Shown: positions 13,531 through 25,314 of the stretch, piece after piece
Layout: every line of letters begins with the position of its first letter
Position numbering within the stretch: the stretch's first letter is position 1
Origin: Marsupella aquatica
Taxonomy: Eukaryota; Plantae; Marchantiophyta
Direction of reading: 5' to 3'
Assembly (NCBI GenBank): GCA_973895155.1
Contig: OZ316894.1
Coordinates: 12,874,828 to 12,938,827, forward strand
DNA length: 64,000 nt
Made by a program: the position numbers and the translations under genes
The notes under the pieces: generated by a model
Told to the model about the DNA's origin: nothing
Database searches by the model: none
What the model saw: the letters and a program-made list of their open reading frames with translations, nothing else

Positions 13531-14712
13531 TTTACTTGAGTTCCCAACTATAGCCAGCTGGCCTTACAAGGATTATTAACCATGATTAGATTTTGATCAG
13601 ATTTATTTACTTTTAGGCCCATATATCTCAGTCCACCTTGGGGGGTTTAGGTTGGAGGGACAGCATTCTCTCCCTCATTTTTCAAATGTACTCTCATGTG
13701 TTCTGGATCCTTCATGAGTTTCTCCATTGGTGACTTCTCGTTGGTTTAGCATGTGATTAAGTGTGCTATCAAAATTTTGCATTTGTTGTCTAGTCTGAGT
13801 AGACAGTTTCTAACATAGAAGCCACTTGGTCCAACAATTGTCTGCATTTTATGTACTTGCACATATTTCTTTATCTATTCTACTCTACATCATGGAGATA
13901 TTAACTTGCAATTCGCTGGTATTTGTACTTTGTTCCATGGCCTTCTCCGCCCTTAGAGTATTTGGCATAGAGCTTGCTTTGAAACCTGGTTGGACAACTT
14001 CAAGCGTAGATGATGAAGTCCTTTGGTGTAAATTTTGAGTAACGTGCATCCAAGACCAGGGTTGTGCTCTAGCTTGCAAAAGGGAATTGATGTTCAAAGA
14101 AACACAATGGGGTGTTGGGTTTTGGCTCATCAATTCTGCACATCATGCTCAACAGGACCTCTCCAAGTTGATAAGAACTATGTGGTACGGCTTCAATTAA
14201 TGCACAACAACCTTGGCCTTTGCTACACACTAGTCATTTCAGTGTTAGTTATGAAACACACTTAGGAACATGAATGTTTCTAATTGTGATATGTGTCTAG
14301 CTAAGTTGCAAGTGTACTCTTTTGCTTGTGGTTCTTGTGATCGAGGGATTTGCTTGGTGGGACCCCAAATGAAAATGTTTTACTTGATAGGACCCCTGAG
14401 TGATCCACACCGTTGATTTACCTTGAATAGACGGACCTAAACTTTCAAGGGTCCAATTAAGTAAAACATTTTCATTTGGGGTCCCACCAAGCAAATCTCT
14501 CTCTTGTGATCCGGTACTGATCTTGGATTTACAAAGGCAATTCAAGTTCTGTTTAAGATCAAGGAAAAAATGATCATTTCTGTCAGTATCATTCATCAAT
14601 TCCCAGATCCTTGCCCAAACAGGAGTTTGTGTGAGCCCAATCAGGTGGATTAATGGCATTTGTTCAAGTAGTTGTCTTTATCGTGCATTGAATGTAATTC
14701 CAATCTTATCAT

Positions 14713-15990
14713 TGTGTGACTCTGATAGTGCATCACGTATAAGGTGATACAACCTTATCCAAATAAGGTACACCTTAAGTAGCCGTAGTAGTATGTGGTT
14801 ATGAGTATAAGACAAGTGGTTAGTTAGTAATGATGATTAGGCTAGGCATAGGTTAGTTAGGAGTTAACCCCGGGCTGGCAGCACGGCACCTGAAGTACAA
14901 CATGATTAGGAGCATGTTAGGCTGTCAGACTTGGGTCCGTATATATCTCTGGTTCCGAATTGGATCTTAGTCACGCTTGGACCCGGACCCAAGGAGTGGG
15001 GCTCTAATTACAACCGAGTACGGCCAGGCCAGCCATCACGCCTGGACCAAACAATTCAGGGAACACCCGAGTGTATAAAAGGGGTGAGCTCTCCATTTGA
15101 CTCCCTTACTTCTCTGGCAGTCGTGCAAGCTTTGAGCTCACTACTTCCCTTCTAGCTCTCACTACTCCCCTTCTAGCTCTCGCTTACCAGCATCCACACC
15201 AATTCCTCTTCCTTGGATTATCAATCATATCCGTCAGGTTATTACGAGATTAGGCTCCACACTTAGTGCCTCAGCCAGTTCTGACAAGTGCTCCTCATGT
15301 CTATGACAATTATGTCCAGTTTTGTCGTCTAGTGCTGGAATGCTTTCATCTCTATAGGCTACCCATATTGCAACATCTTTTGCCAAACACAACCCGTGAC
15401 GATGGGAAGCTGAGAAGAAATACGCACGGCCCATCCACATCACCGCCTGCAAGCGTTGCAACAACAATCTCAGTCTTCCTTTTCAGTCAAAGTACACCGG
15501 ACCTGAGGATATCAACAAATTCATCTTTGATGGAGATAAGTTCCTTGGCTTTGGGGAAGCCATCTTTGGGCTCCCCAACCCTGTCTTCAAAATCCTTGGG
15601 ACTATAGACTTTGCAGTGCCACCACTTTGACCCCTTACCCGTGAGGGTTCAAGAGTTCATATGGCATCAGTTTGACTCACCCTTAGGCGGATGCTAAGAG
15701 CAGCCTCAGCCTCCTCCACAGTTGCCCGCAGCAAGTGTGGCCCCGGACCCCATGGCAACCCCACCCAGCCCCAACGCTGAAGTCAAACGCCATACCACAG
15801 CAGCAAATATTGCCACCCCGAGCACCTATGAATTGTTCATTGCCCCCGTTTGCACCGTCAATTCAGGTACAATTGGTGGTAAATGCAGTGAAATTGAGTT
15901 TGGATGAGGAGTCTGTTCCACTTATCCACCAACCTCCAGCTCCGAGACGGACACCCTCGGCCTTGGCTTCCCAGACCACCCAAGCTCAAG
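14713..15990 (+). mobile_element. Degraded retroelement terminus plus accessory ORF-A remnant (copy 1)
   Basis: Starts TGTGTGAC, with TATAAAA at 15074. The broken ORF from 15297 (MSMTIMSSF...FQSKY...INKFIFDGDKFLGFGEAI...HHFDPLPVRVQ) is clearly homologous to ORF 32348-31990. The right boundary is uncertain. Confidence 0.6.
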
Positions 15991-16921
15991 CCTAGTAACG
16001 ACCCCGGTAGATGAGACGATAACGGTAGCCTCCACAAAACCTATACCAATAGCAGTTGCCTGCCGCAACGGTTGAATAAGGAGGAGGGAGAACTCTTGTC
16101 CTTGGCGGATCACTTGGGCAGCCAGGTCTGGGGAAAAAGAGGAAGAAGCCGGCCTCAACGTCTCACTTGACCATGGCCACGGTAGTTGTGGCCAAACTTA
16201 CTACTCAATCCTTACAACAAAAGATCTTCTACAAAATCCTCACACTAAGTATGGACCTCACCTCCTTCTCAAGCTTAGCCCCAACTTAGCAAGGTAGAGA
16301 CTCTACTTCAAGAACTGAGAATTCAAGGCCCTTAAACAAAAGAAAACTTCTACCTTATATACTATTCTCCTTCCATACCACACCAGTCCTCCTAACACAC
16401 AAAGTCCAAATCTATAGTTCATAGCCCACTCTATAACCTGCTATTTTGACTCCTTCCAAGCCCTGGAATATGCCACACATAAGTTGCATGCTTTGACCTC
16501 CAAACCTGCTTCCACTTATGGTCCTCACCAAATTTCCACCCCACTTGAAAGCTTGCAAAAATAGTGAGTGAGTCCCAAGTTATGTCTAGGCAAAGTTGGC
16601 CTTATTTTACTTGTAACCCTTTTACTACCTTAAGTAAACCGCCCTATCAACTTACTTTCCTTGCCCTAATGGCCTTTCATCTTTACCCAAAGTTAAGTAC
16701 CTTTCTCTGGAGCCTAAATAAAGTGGTATGAGTGCAAGAAAGGTCAATCCCTTAATCTGGTGTTCATTCCCCTATGTTGGCTCCGGTTTGCAAGCTATCT
16801 GGACCCCCTCTTGACCTTGGCTAAAAATATCTTTGAGTGTTTCTTTTCCTGGATTTCCACCCTCACTAAGGAGGCTTTACCTTCCTTTGACTTAACACAA
16901 AAGCGGTTGGGCCCCAATGGA

Positions 16922-19900
16922 TGTGTGACACGGGTAACGTGTCACTTAACCGAACCCAGGTCGTAGATTAGGTCTTATACGGACGTTAGGACCGTAGCCG
17001 TAGCGTAGAATAGCACGTATAGCCGTCCGTTGCCATTATGAATAGATTAGGAGTAGGTTAAGATGACCGAATGATTATGAGTTCAGGAAGAGGATTATTA
17101 TGCGCGACCGAGGTACGGTGGCGGCAGCGGAGTAAAAATCAGTTAGAAGAATCATGCTTGGACCGAGGCGCCGACTTCAGCTCATTATCAATGACCAAAA
17201 TGGCCTGGCCTTCTCACGCTCGGACTCATCCTGGCACCTCCATAAGAGAGGAGCCGATGGCGCTGTGGGCCATTTGCTCATTTCCACCTTTTTGGAATTC
17301 GCAGACGTTGCCATCCACTCGCCTTTTTGATCGAATCAAGTCGACCTTTACAAGGAGATTATCGAGGGATAAAAGCAGAATGTGGCGAGATTTAGTCAGG
17401 ACGAGCGAGGCCTCCACGAGAAAAAGGACCAGCCGGGTGGGAACGTGGACTCAACGAACCGGACTACGAGGTTAGTATGACCCTTACAGCCTTGGGATTA
17501 TGGACCTTGTTTGGCGAGGTAGGTGCTAAGTTCTCCGAGACTTACTGGTACTCTTGTCCTGAGAAAGCCGCTTACGAACGAAGATACGCGAAGCTGGTGA
17601 CCAAGGTAGCATTGGTTAATTGCGAAAGGACAGCCATCACCAGGGATTCTAGCTACAATGAGCTACGAGACTACATCACCAAACTATATCTCAGCGAGGA
17701 AGAGCTTAGATCGGTAGCAGAGGCGATTCTTGAAGTCCCAGCAAAGTTCTTTAAGCTGAAAGGCAGCCAGCGGCTTACTCAAGCAGAGTTTGACAAGATT
17801 CCGGGGTACCTAGACCAGCAGATTGCAGCCAAAAAGCGTCAAGAAGACATCAACAGATAACGGGAAGCGGCGCGTAATCTTACGTTCCTGGGGGAAAGCT
17901 CCAACGCCTTGAACTGGGATATGGCTACCCCGATACCACCAGTGCCTCGGCCGATGACCACCGGCGTACCGCTGAATAGGTCCCAAGTCCATCCAGTGAT
18001 CAACACAGAGTGTTCTTCGGGTTCCGAGCAAGTTAGTCCGCAACTCGAACAACGTTCTCGTAAGCGGCCAAGGACGACAACGGCCCCCGAATCAACAACG
18101 CGAACCAACGCTGCGCCTGCACCTACCCCGGAAAACCCCCCGGCCAACCAGAACCAACAGCCCCCGAATAACTCAAAGTCCAACTTATTATAGGTAATCC
18201 GCATCCCCGAAGTAGTCTGGATCGCGATCAAGAAACTCGAACACGCGGACTATCTGAAGGAGCATCAGTTGGAGCAGTTTGCTCACTTGCTATGGAGACC
18301 GTGCGCCGTCGGGCCGAAGGAGATTTGTGAGTTCATCTCCAATTTCGACACTGATGCATCAACCACCAAGGTTTCGGGGCAGGCCTTATCACTCACGGAG
18401 CATCGGTTAACGCAAATCTTCTGCCTACCAACCGGGCCCTTGCTGGTTGAACTCCAAGTTCGGGATAAGGAGTATACACCGCGGCACTTCAAACCTGAGA
18501 GTAAGACGGACAATGGATACAAGCAGGGGTCATGCACCAACTTAATCTACATGGAGCGTCTTAACTTCATACAGACTACCTTACACATGATTGAGCCACG
18601 ATTCGAGATTTCCCTCTGCACGATCGTGCAGGTGGAACAGTACAAACGGCGGAACTGGGCCCAATTCTTCTACCAAAGATTCTCGGGGGAGCTGAAGCGG
18701 GCTCAGGGTGGTATGGCTATTGGGGGAAAACTTACTTGGGAAGTCATATCGCCATTATCCTCGCCTGGTACAAGGCACGGCGGGAGGCCAGAGGAAAGAA
18801 TATGGCCACCTCAGCCCCGACTAATGTCACCCCCGCCCCAGAGGAGGCAACCCCAAGCGCGCGGACTACCGTCCCTCGGGCAAACCCTGAGCCGGAAGCC
18901 CCGACTAATACTCCACCACCTCCTCCTATGGAAATTCTGCCGCCCCCTTTCGTCGAGCCTCCGCTACCCGCAGTACAACCACCCCCAATCCCTCCACCAT
19001 CTGAAGAAACCTTCCCCTCCCCAACACAGACTACGGAGGAGCTCGTTGCCCCGCCCGAGGAACCACCGGTACCCGAGAGGATGGAGGACTACCAAGTAGC
19101 CCCAAGGACCATGGCCTACGACCTGGTCCAGAAGTTTAGCCAGACTATGTTTGGGGAGCTGGCGACGTACATCGGACAACAAGTCTCGGCGTACTTTCAA
19201 CCAGCCTTCTTCATGTTAGAGCACCAACCACGGATCATAAGCCGCTTGGAAGAAGAACTCATGGCGAAGGGGAATGAGATCGGGCGCCTTCAGATGCTGG
19301 TAGAGCACCTCGAGGAGGAGGCCACTACCCGCCGTGAGGAGTTAGTCCGCATCGTCAAACAGAGGGATGGACTAACCCAGGAGTTAAGCGGAGCGCAAGC
19401 AGATCTCAAGAAGCTGGACGATACCGTGCTTCAATTACGCTCAGAATCTTCGGCTTGAGTTACCAGCCTGACCGACCTCAATAAACAATTCCTACAGGCA
19501 CCGCAGCAGGTGGCTAGTCTCTCCGCCAAACGGGATAAATTGCTGGCGCAGGACCAGATCCATCGCGACTCCATTAACCAGCTCAACCTGGAGGTAGCGC
19601 AGCTCCAGATCGAGGCCGATAAAGTTGCAAACGAGGCGGAGGAGGCGGTGTGGGACAACAAGGCCTTGCAGGACCGCGTTACCTTGCTCGTCCTCTAGCG
19701 GGGAAAACCTGGGCCCACCTCTGATCAAGGCGGCTCGAGGTCTCGCCCTGACAAGGGGACAAGCCCTGGTCCAACCACAGCACCCACATAAGGGGTGGTT
19801 AGCGAAGGGTGGAAGCAGGTGCCGCGCGAGGCAGTTAAGTCAGCGGCATCTTTCGGTTAGGTGCAACGACAGAATGGCTATCATTAGGCGCCGATTAGCG

Positions 19901-19990
19901 GCAGTAGGAAGAATTAGGGTCGGATCAATTAGGATCAGCCAACGTAGGATGGAGTCCATCAACGGACTAGATTTTTGTCAGTAGGCTTGG
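16922..19990 (+). mobile_element. Retroelement accessory-ORF region (copy 2): ORF-A 17477-17860, then frameshifted ORF-B ~17900-19750 (Athila-ORF1/PMD-type domain, Pro-rich linker, coiled coil)
   Basis: Starts TGTGTGAC. ORF-B motifs EFISNFD...KVSGQ.LSLT...IF.LP.G, NWAQFF and YLGSHIAIIL are homologous to the minus-strand ORFs at 25315-26949 and 28030-28250. Confidence 0.65.
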
Positions 19991-20790
19991 CCGCTGCCAT
20001 CCCGGTCGGCACCCTTGTCGTCGACGGTCAACCAGTCAGTGCGGCACGGCCAGTAGTTAGAAGGTAGTTAGTCAGTAGGTAGTATCCCGGAAGGTAGTAT
20101 CCTCCGGTTCTCATCCGCAAACTGTAGTATTTAGGCTTCCCCTTCTGCTATGGAAGGGGGAGAAGGCTTAGTTATCTCAGCAGAAGAAAGGTGAGGCACG
20201 GGGAGTCCCGGCCTGAGCAGGGTCAGAGCGCACCAAGGAGTGAGAGCCAGAGTCGAGCTTGCTGGGCAAGTGTGAGGCGGGGCCTCGTAGAGACTGGGCA
20301 TCGACTGCCGTTGGGCCTGCTGACCCCCTTTGAAGTCGAGTCAACCATGTAAACTGATGCTTCGCTGAGTAAACGTAGTCTTTTCCCTCTAATGTTTCCG
20401 CAAGTAACTGGTGTTGTGAGTATGCTTTGTCTGGGCAAAGGCACCATTTTAAGGGACGTACCGGGTGCGGACTAATGGTAGGGATTGCCACCCATTGTAT
20501 GTCACAAGGTTCTCTCGCGTCGATGGCTTGAAAAGCCCCAAGCCGGGAGTTAGTCCGAGTCACTGAGGGAGGATTCCAGCGGTGGAAAATAAAAGATACC
20601 TATGACTAGTACGAATTGCTTAAGTGTTATACTAGTAAGTATATCGGCTTAGCCCGACTTAGGGCTAATCGGGGCCACTACACACCTCCTTGCTCGAACC
20701 CTCACCCCTACTAGTGGTCGAGGTCGCGCCATGGCACTAAACTGGATTTAAGGCCCAGGTTAGAAACGCGACATACGACGACCGGTTTTT

Positions 20791-20807
20791 TGGCGCTAGA
20801 TGGAGGG
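20791..20807 (+). promoter_or_regulatory. Primer-binding site, probably tRNA-Asn
   Basis: TGGCGCTAGATGGAGGG closely complements the 3' end of plant tRNA-Asn(GTT) (...CCTCCTTCTAGCG-CCA, recalled), and lies ~80 bp upstream of the gag ATG. Confidence 0.65.
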
Positions 20808-20887
20808 GGCACTCATTTTGCCTTACGAGTGGAGCCGTGTAGTGAGCTAATAACCTTTGATTTTGTACTCGACGTGTAGGAAGGGGC

Positions 20888-23800
20888 ATGCCCCTTACCC
20901 GGTCACGTTCTGCGTATTTACAACAACCAGACAGAGCATCAAGTTTGGAAGGGAATACCGCATCCGGCAGAGCGGGGAGCTCGGCTTCCCAAGCAGGATC
21001 GCGTGTTGTGATGGGTACCCAAGCACCAACGGCGGGAGGAACTCCACCAGTTCCACCAGTCCCGCAGGTACCAGGTGCGTTGCGGCCCCCTACGGCTCAG
21101 AACGTGTCACAGCGATCCCGGTTTCACTATCGACCCTTTAAGGGACGACCCACGGACGACCCTGATGAATGGATAGCTGAGTTCGAGGCCACGGCCAAGG
21201 CGAATGGCAAGGAAGCCATTAAGCTAACCATTCTTCCAGGCGTGCTACGAGGAGAAGCGCGCCCGTGGTATAACTTACAACCCCCTGGTTTCACATGGGG
21301 CCAGTTCCAGACGGCGTTCTTGCAAGAATTTAGGCCCGTGGGGATCGAATCTCGGGCCCTGTCAAAAATCGGACGAATGCAGATGGGTAAGCATGACTCA
21401 CTTCGCAAATTTCTGCAGCGATTCCAGAAGGTTGCCGCCAAGATTCGGCCTAAGCCAGATGACTCTCTGCTGAGGAAATGGTTCGTCAACGCGCTACCCC
21501 AGAGGATGGCGTTCTCAGTGCTAGAAAAGAAGACCACCACGCTACAACAAGCAATTGATAGTGCCGAATCCTTCAGGAAATCGCACTACGCCTCTCAGCT
21601 TAATAGGAGGACCAAGCATAAAAAGAGCAGGAGGTATCATACCTTCAGCGACTCCGACTCTGAGTACGACGAGAAGAAAAGGAAGAAGAAATGATGACAT
21701 AAGAAAAAGGGTCGGACAAGCTCTTCGTCAGACTCTGATTCAGAGTCTAGTGATTCCTTGTCCAGTAGCCCGACGTCAACTGGCTCATCCTCCAGCGAGA
21801 CCGAGTCAGAGTCTCGTAACCATAGAAGAAAGAAGGGATCACGGTCAGATACGGGCAAACATAAACCGCGAGCCAAGGTCGTCACCGCGGACCCCAAGGC
21901 CGCTGAGGTAGAAAAGCTGAATGAAATCACAGACCGGCTGAAAGCACTATCGGTGCACTTGGCGGAGAAACCTCCTGACAAGAAGAAACCACCGGAAATC
22001 TGAGCGCATGCTTGGTGCTCCAAGTGTTATCAGTCGGGACATGTGGTGCAAGAATGTCCAAGATGGAACACACGTGTGCACCAGATAGAGTTGGAGCCTG
22101 GACAGTCCGAGCCAGAGGGATGCACGATGGAGTACTTCTTCGAGGATCCAGGTGAGGCGGTGTTCCAGATGAGTATGACGGGACCTCGCACCCTAAGCGG
22201 CCACAATCCAGGGTTCCATACCCCTTATCCATATCCGGTGAATGGGCGTGGCCCCCAGATGGTCAGCAATCCAAGTATACCCCCTAAACCCGGCGTTTGG
22301 CGGACCCCGGTTTGTTATAATTGCGAGAAACCCGGTCACTTTGCCCGAGAGTGCACGGAGCAAAGGAAGCAAGGGGATGGGAGAGCGATTCCATTGTGCC
22401 AGGTCTGTCGAACCGAAGCACATTCCACGTCAAACTGCCCCTTGGTGCTAGCCACGAAGGCCGGCGCCGTCAGAGCTGCTCAACCTGCGGCCCCACCAAT
22501 TACGGATGCAGTAGTACAAATGGTAACAATGGAATGGCAGGACAACTCCACCGAGTGGATCGACCTCATAGAAGCAGTCGAGCAAACAGGAATGCACACG
22601 AACGACGAGTGCTACCGCGTTTCTACCCGTTCATCCCGCAAGAAGGACAAGTACAAAGAACGAGCTCTGAAGGACGCCAAGCAGAAAGAGGCGGTCGCGG
22701 ATAAGAATAGTCCGATGGAACCAGACGAGCAGGAAGACTACCAGCGGGATAACCCAAAGTTATTCTACCCGCGAGTAGAGGAACTGGTCAAAAAGCAATT
22801 GGAAGCCTACGAGGCCCAAGAGCACGAAAAAGCCATTAGGAAGGATATTGCCGATGCTAAGGCGGCCGAAGAAGCCGAAGAAGCTAAGACTGCCTTGCAA
22901 GCTGAAGTCAAGGGAGCAGAAGCATTAAAATCTGTGACACCACCGTCTGACCAATACGACATCAAAAAGGATGTTCAAAATTGTGCAGCCACGGCCACTG
23001 TCGGACAACTATTGCAGGATAACCCGAAGTATCGGCAACAACTCAAGGAGATGCTGATAGGGAAGAGGAGGCGACGGCTACCTCGGGTAAGCACCTTAGC
23101 CGACTGTATGATGATTTACCAGGACTTAGGAGCGCCGGAAGTCTCTATCGAGATAGCGGGCTGTACTGTTCGGTTTGTACCGGTAGATGGCGGGTCCGGT
23201 GTAAACATCATGACGGAGGACACTTCCGTAAGGTTGGGATATACGTCTTATCAACCCACGGCGCGCGCCATTCGGTTAGCAAACGGCGCCAGGATCATGC
23301 CACTAGGGACGTTAACCAAGATATCCACGTGGATTGGAGGCCTCGAGTTTTTTCTAAATTACCTGGTGATGCGACCAGTCCGACCCTCTTCTTATCCAGT
23401 ACTGTTGGGCAGACCCTGGTTATACGGTGCCCGAGTCGTTACCGACTGGGGAAGGAAGGAATTACGATTCGGTAACCCAACTACGACGGTGTCATGGAAG
23501 GAAGAAGACTATCAGGGTGAAACGCCCCAGGGACCCGAAGAATATGACTCGGAGGAGGAAATCTCAGAAGATGAGGTAAATATGGTGGAGTTAATCTCTC
23601 GGCTGGATGAAGAGGAAGTCTTCGGGGTAAGTGCCGTCCGAGAAGCCCATATTCTGAACCAGCCCGGACCAGCGGCCCAAATCGAAACACCAGGGAGACC
23701 AGTAAGAGATGATGCGGCAACGGGCAAAGAATTCCCCGGAATAGTGAGCCCTACGAAGGCAGTTGGCCGGCTTCCCTTGCCAGGTATACCCGAGGAAAAC

Positions 23801-24956
23801 GCTACTCAGACCGCCACTCCTCCCACAAAAAAGAAAGTTACATGGAGCCCCGAGATTCCGTCCGTAATAGAGGAACCCAAGGAGCTCCCAAAGGAGCAGC
23901 CGACAGTCTGGAAACCTGTGGCCTACGATGGCACCAGACTAGAGGAATTGGAGGCTCATCTTGACCAGGCCACCAGATACCATGTGGATGTAATCCGCAA
24001 GGAACACTATAGCAAATACACCACAAAGAGGGAGAGAACATTCAACGTTGGTTATGGCCTACGAGCGCCAGAGGAAAAGGCCATCCAAGAACTCCTATCG
24101 GAATATGAGGACGTCTTCGCATGGAGTCACCGAGACTTAACCGGGATTTCATCGGCCTACGGCGAACACGTCATTGATCTAAACTTGGGTGCTCATGCCG
24201 TCCGAGAGAGACAACGAAGACTAAACCCAAGACATTCCATCTTGGTAAAGGAGGAGTTAGATCAACTGATCGCGGCGGACATAATCTACCCCGTCTTATC
24301 TAGCGAATGGGTGTCCTCCATTGTGGTGGTTCCTAAGAAGGTAGGGCCTGATGGTAAACCCAAAATTTGAATATGCCAAGACTATCGGAAGCTCAACGAC
24401 GCTACTTGGAAAGACCCCGCTTCCCTACACGGATATGGTCCTTGACATGGTAGCCCGAAATGAGGTGTACACGTTCCTAGATGGATATTCGGGTTATAAC
24501 CAGATTTGGATCAGATTGTCGGACCAGCTCAAAACCACGTTCATAACGGAGTGGGGAACCTACGCGTTCAGGCGGATGCCCTTTGGCTTATGCAATGCCC
24601 CGGCTATGTTCCGACGAATCATTATGAACATTTTTCATGACTTCTTACAAGAATTTTTGGAGGTATTCATAGACGATTTTGCCATCTTTGGAACAATCGC
24701 CCAACACCCAGAACACCTGAGGCGGACTTTGGAGCGGTGCTGAGAAGTACGGTTGAAATTACACCTGAGTAAGTGCTTCTTCGGGGTTATGGAAGGAGTG
24801 CTACTAGGACACCGAGTATCCAAACGAGGGATCGAGGTGGACCAAGAAAAGGTGGCCGCGTGGATGAATGTTCCTTACCCAGCGGACCAGAAGGCGGTGC
24901 GATCCTTCTTAGGCTGCGTAGGGTACTACCGACGATTCATTCAGGATTTTGCCAAA
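20888..24956 (+). pseudogene. gag-pol polyprotein with premature stops and a frameshift
   Basis: Retrotrans_gag (FKGRPTDDPDEWI...LRGEARPWY...W.QF..AFLQEF); three CCHC knuckles (CSKCYQSGHVVQEC, CYNCEKPGHFAREC, CQVCRTEAHSTSNC); protease VDGGSG...LLGRPWL; RT DYRKLN, FLDGYSGYNQI, MPFGLCNAP, FIDD. In-frame TGA stops at 21692, 22001, 24368 and 24741. Confidence 0.92.
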
Positions 24957-25314
24957 GAGGAGCTCAAGCTGCTTCCAACGCTGCTATCCACGCAGCAAAT
25001 GGTTGAAAAGAGAAATTGGGAGAGGAGGCGCAAGCTTGCAAAAACTATGGAGGAGGGCCAAATCAGAAGTACATAGCCAATTCAAGATAGAAATAAAGTT
25101 GCGAGTTAGGGTTCAGTAGTTAGAGATAGTGGCGGCTCTATTAGGGCTGGGATGGGGCTCCAGCAGCGTAGCATCCACCCATTTGGGCTCAATGTGAGAG
25201 TATATAGAGCAGCCCCTCGGTAGAGGCAAAGGGGGGGGGACTTTAGTTGTGTCATCTCATGTAGACTGAGGAGTAGGGAGGAGCTCTGAACTCTATCCTA
25301 AACCTAATCCGCCG

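Larger units (their letters stand above)
20016..24956 (+). mobile_element. Ty3/gypsy LTR retrotransposon of the non-chromovirus (Tat/Athila-like) group: putative LTR, PBS, gag-PR-RT; truncated before RNase H and integrase
   Basis: Putative LTR 20016-~20783 (TGTCGTCG...CGACGAC), PBS at 20791, gag from 20888, RT breaks off at YYRRFIQDFAK (24956). Confidence 0.85.

Noticed and set aside
14923-15286. Solo LTR (TGTCAGA...TCTGACA)
   Set aside because: No TSD (TAGGC vs AGTGC), and homology to the 32811 terminus extends further left toward 14713.
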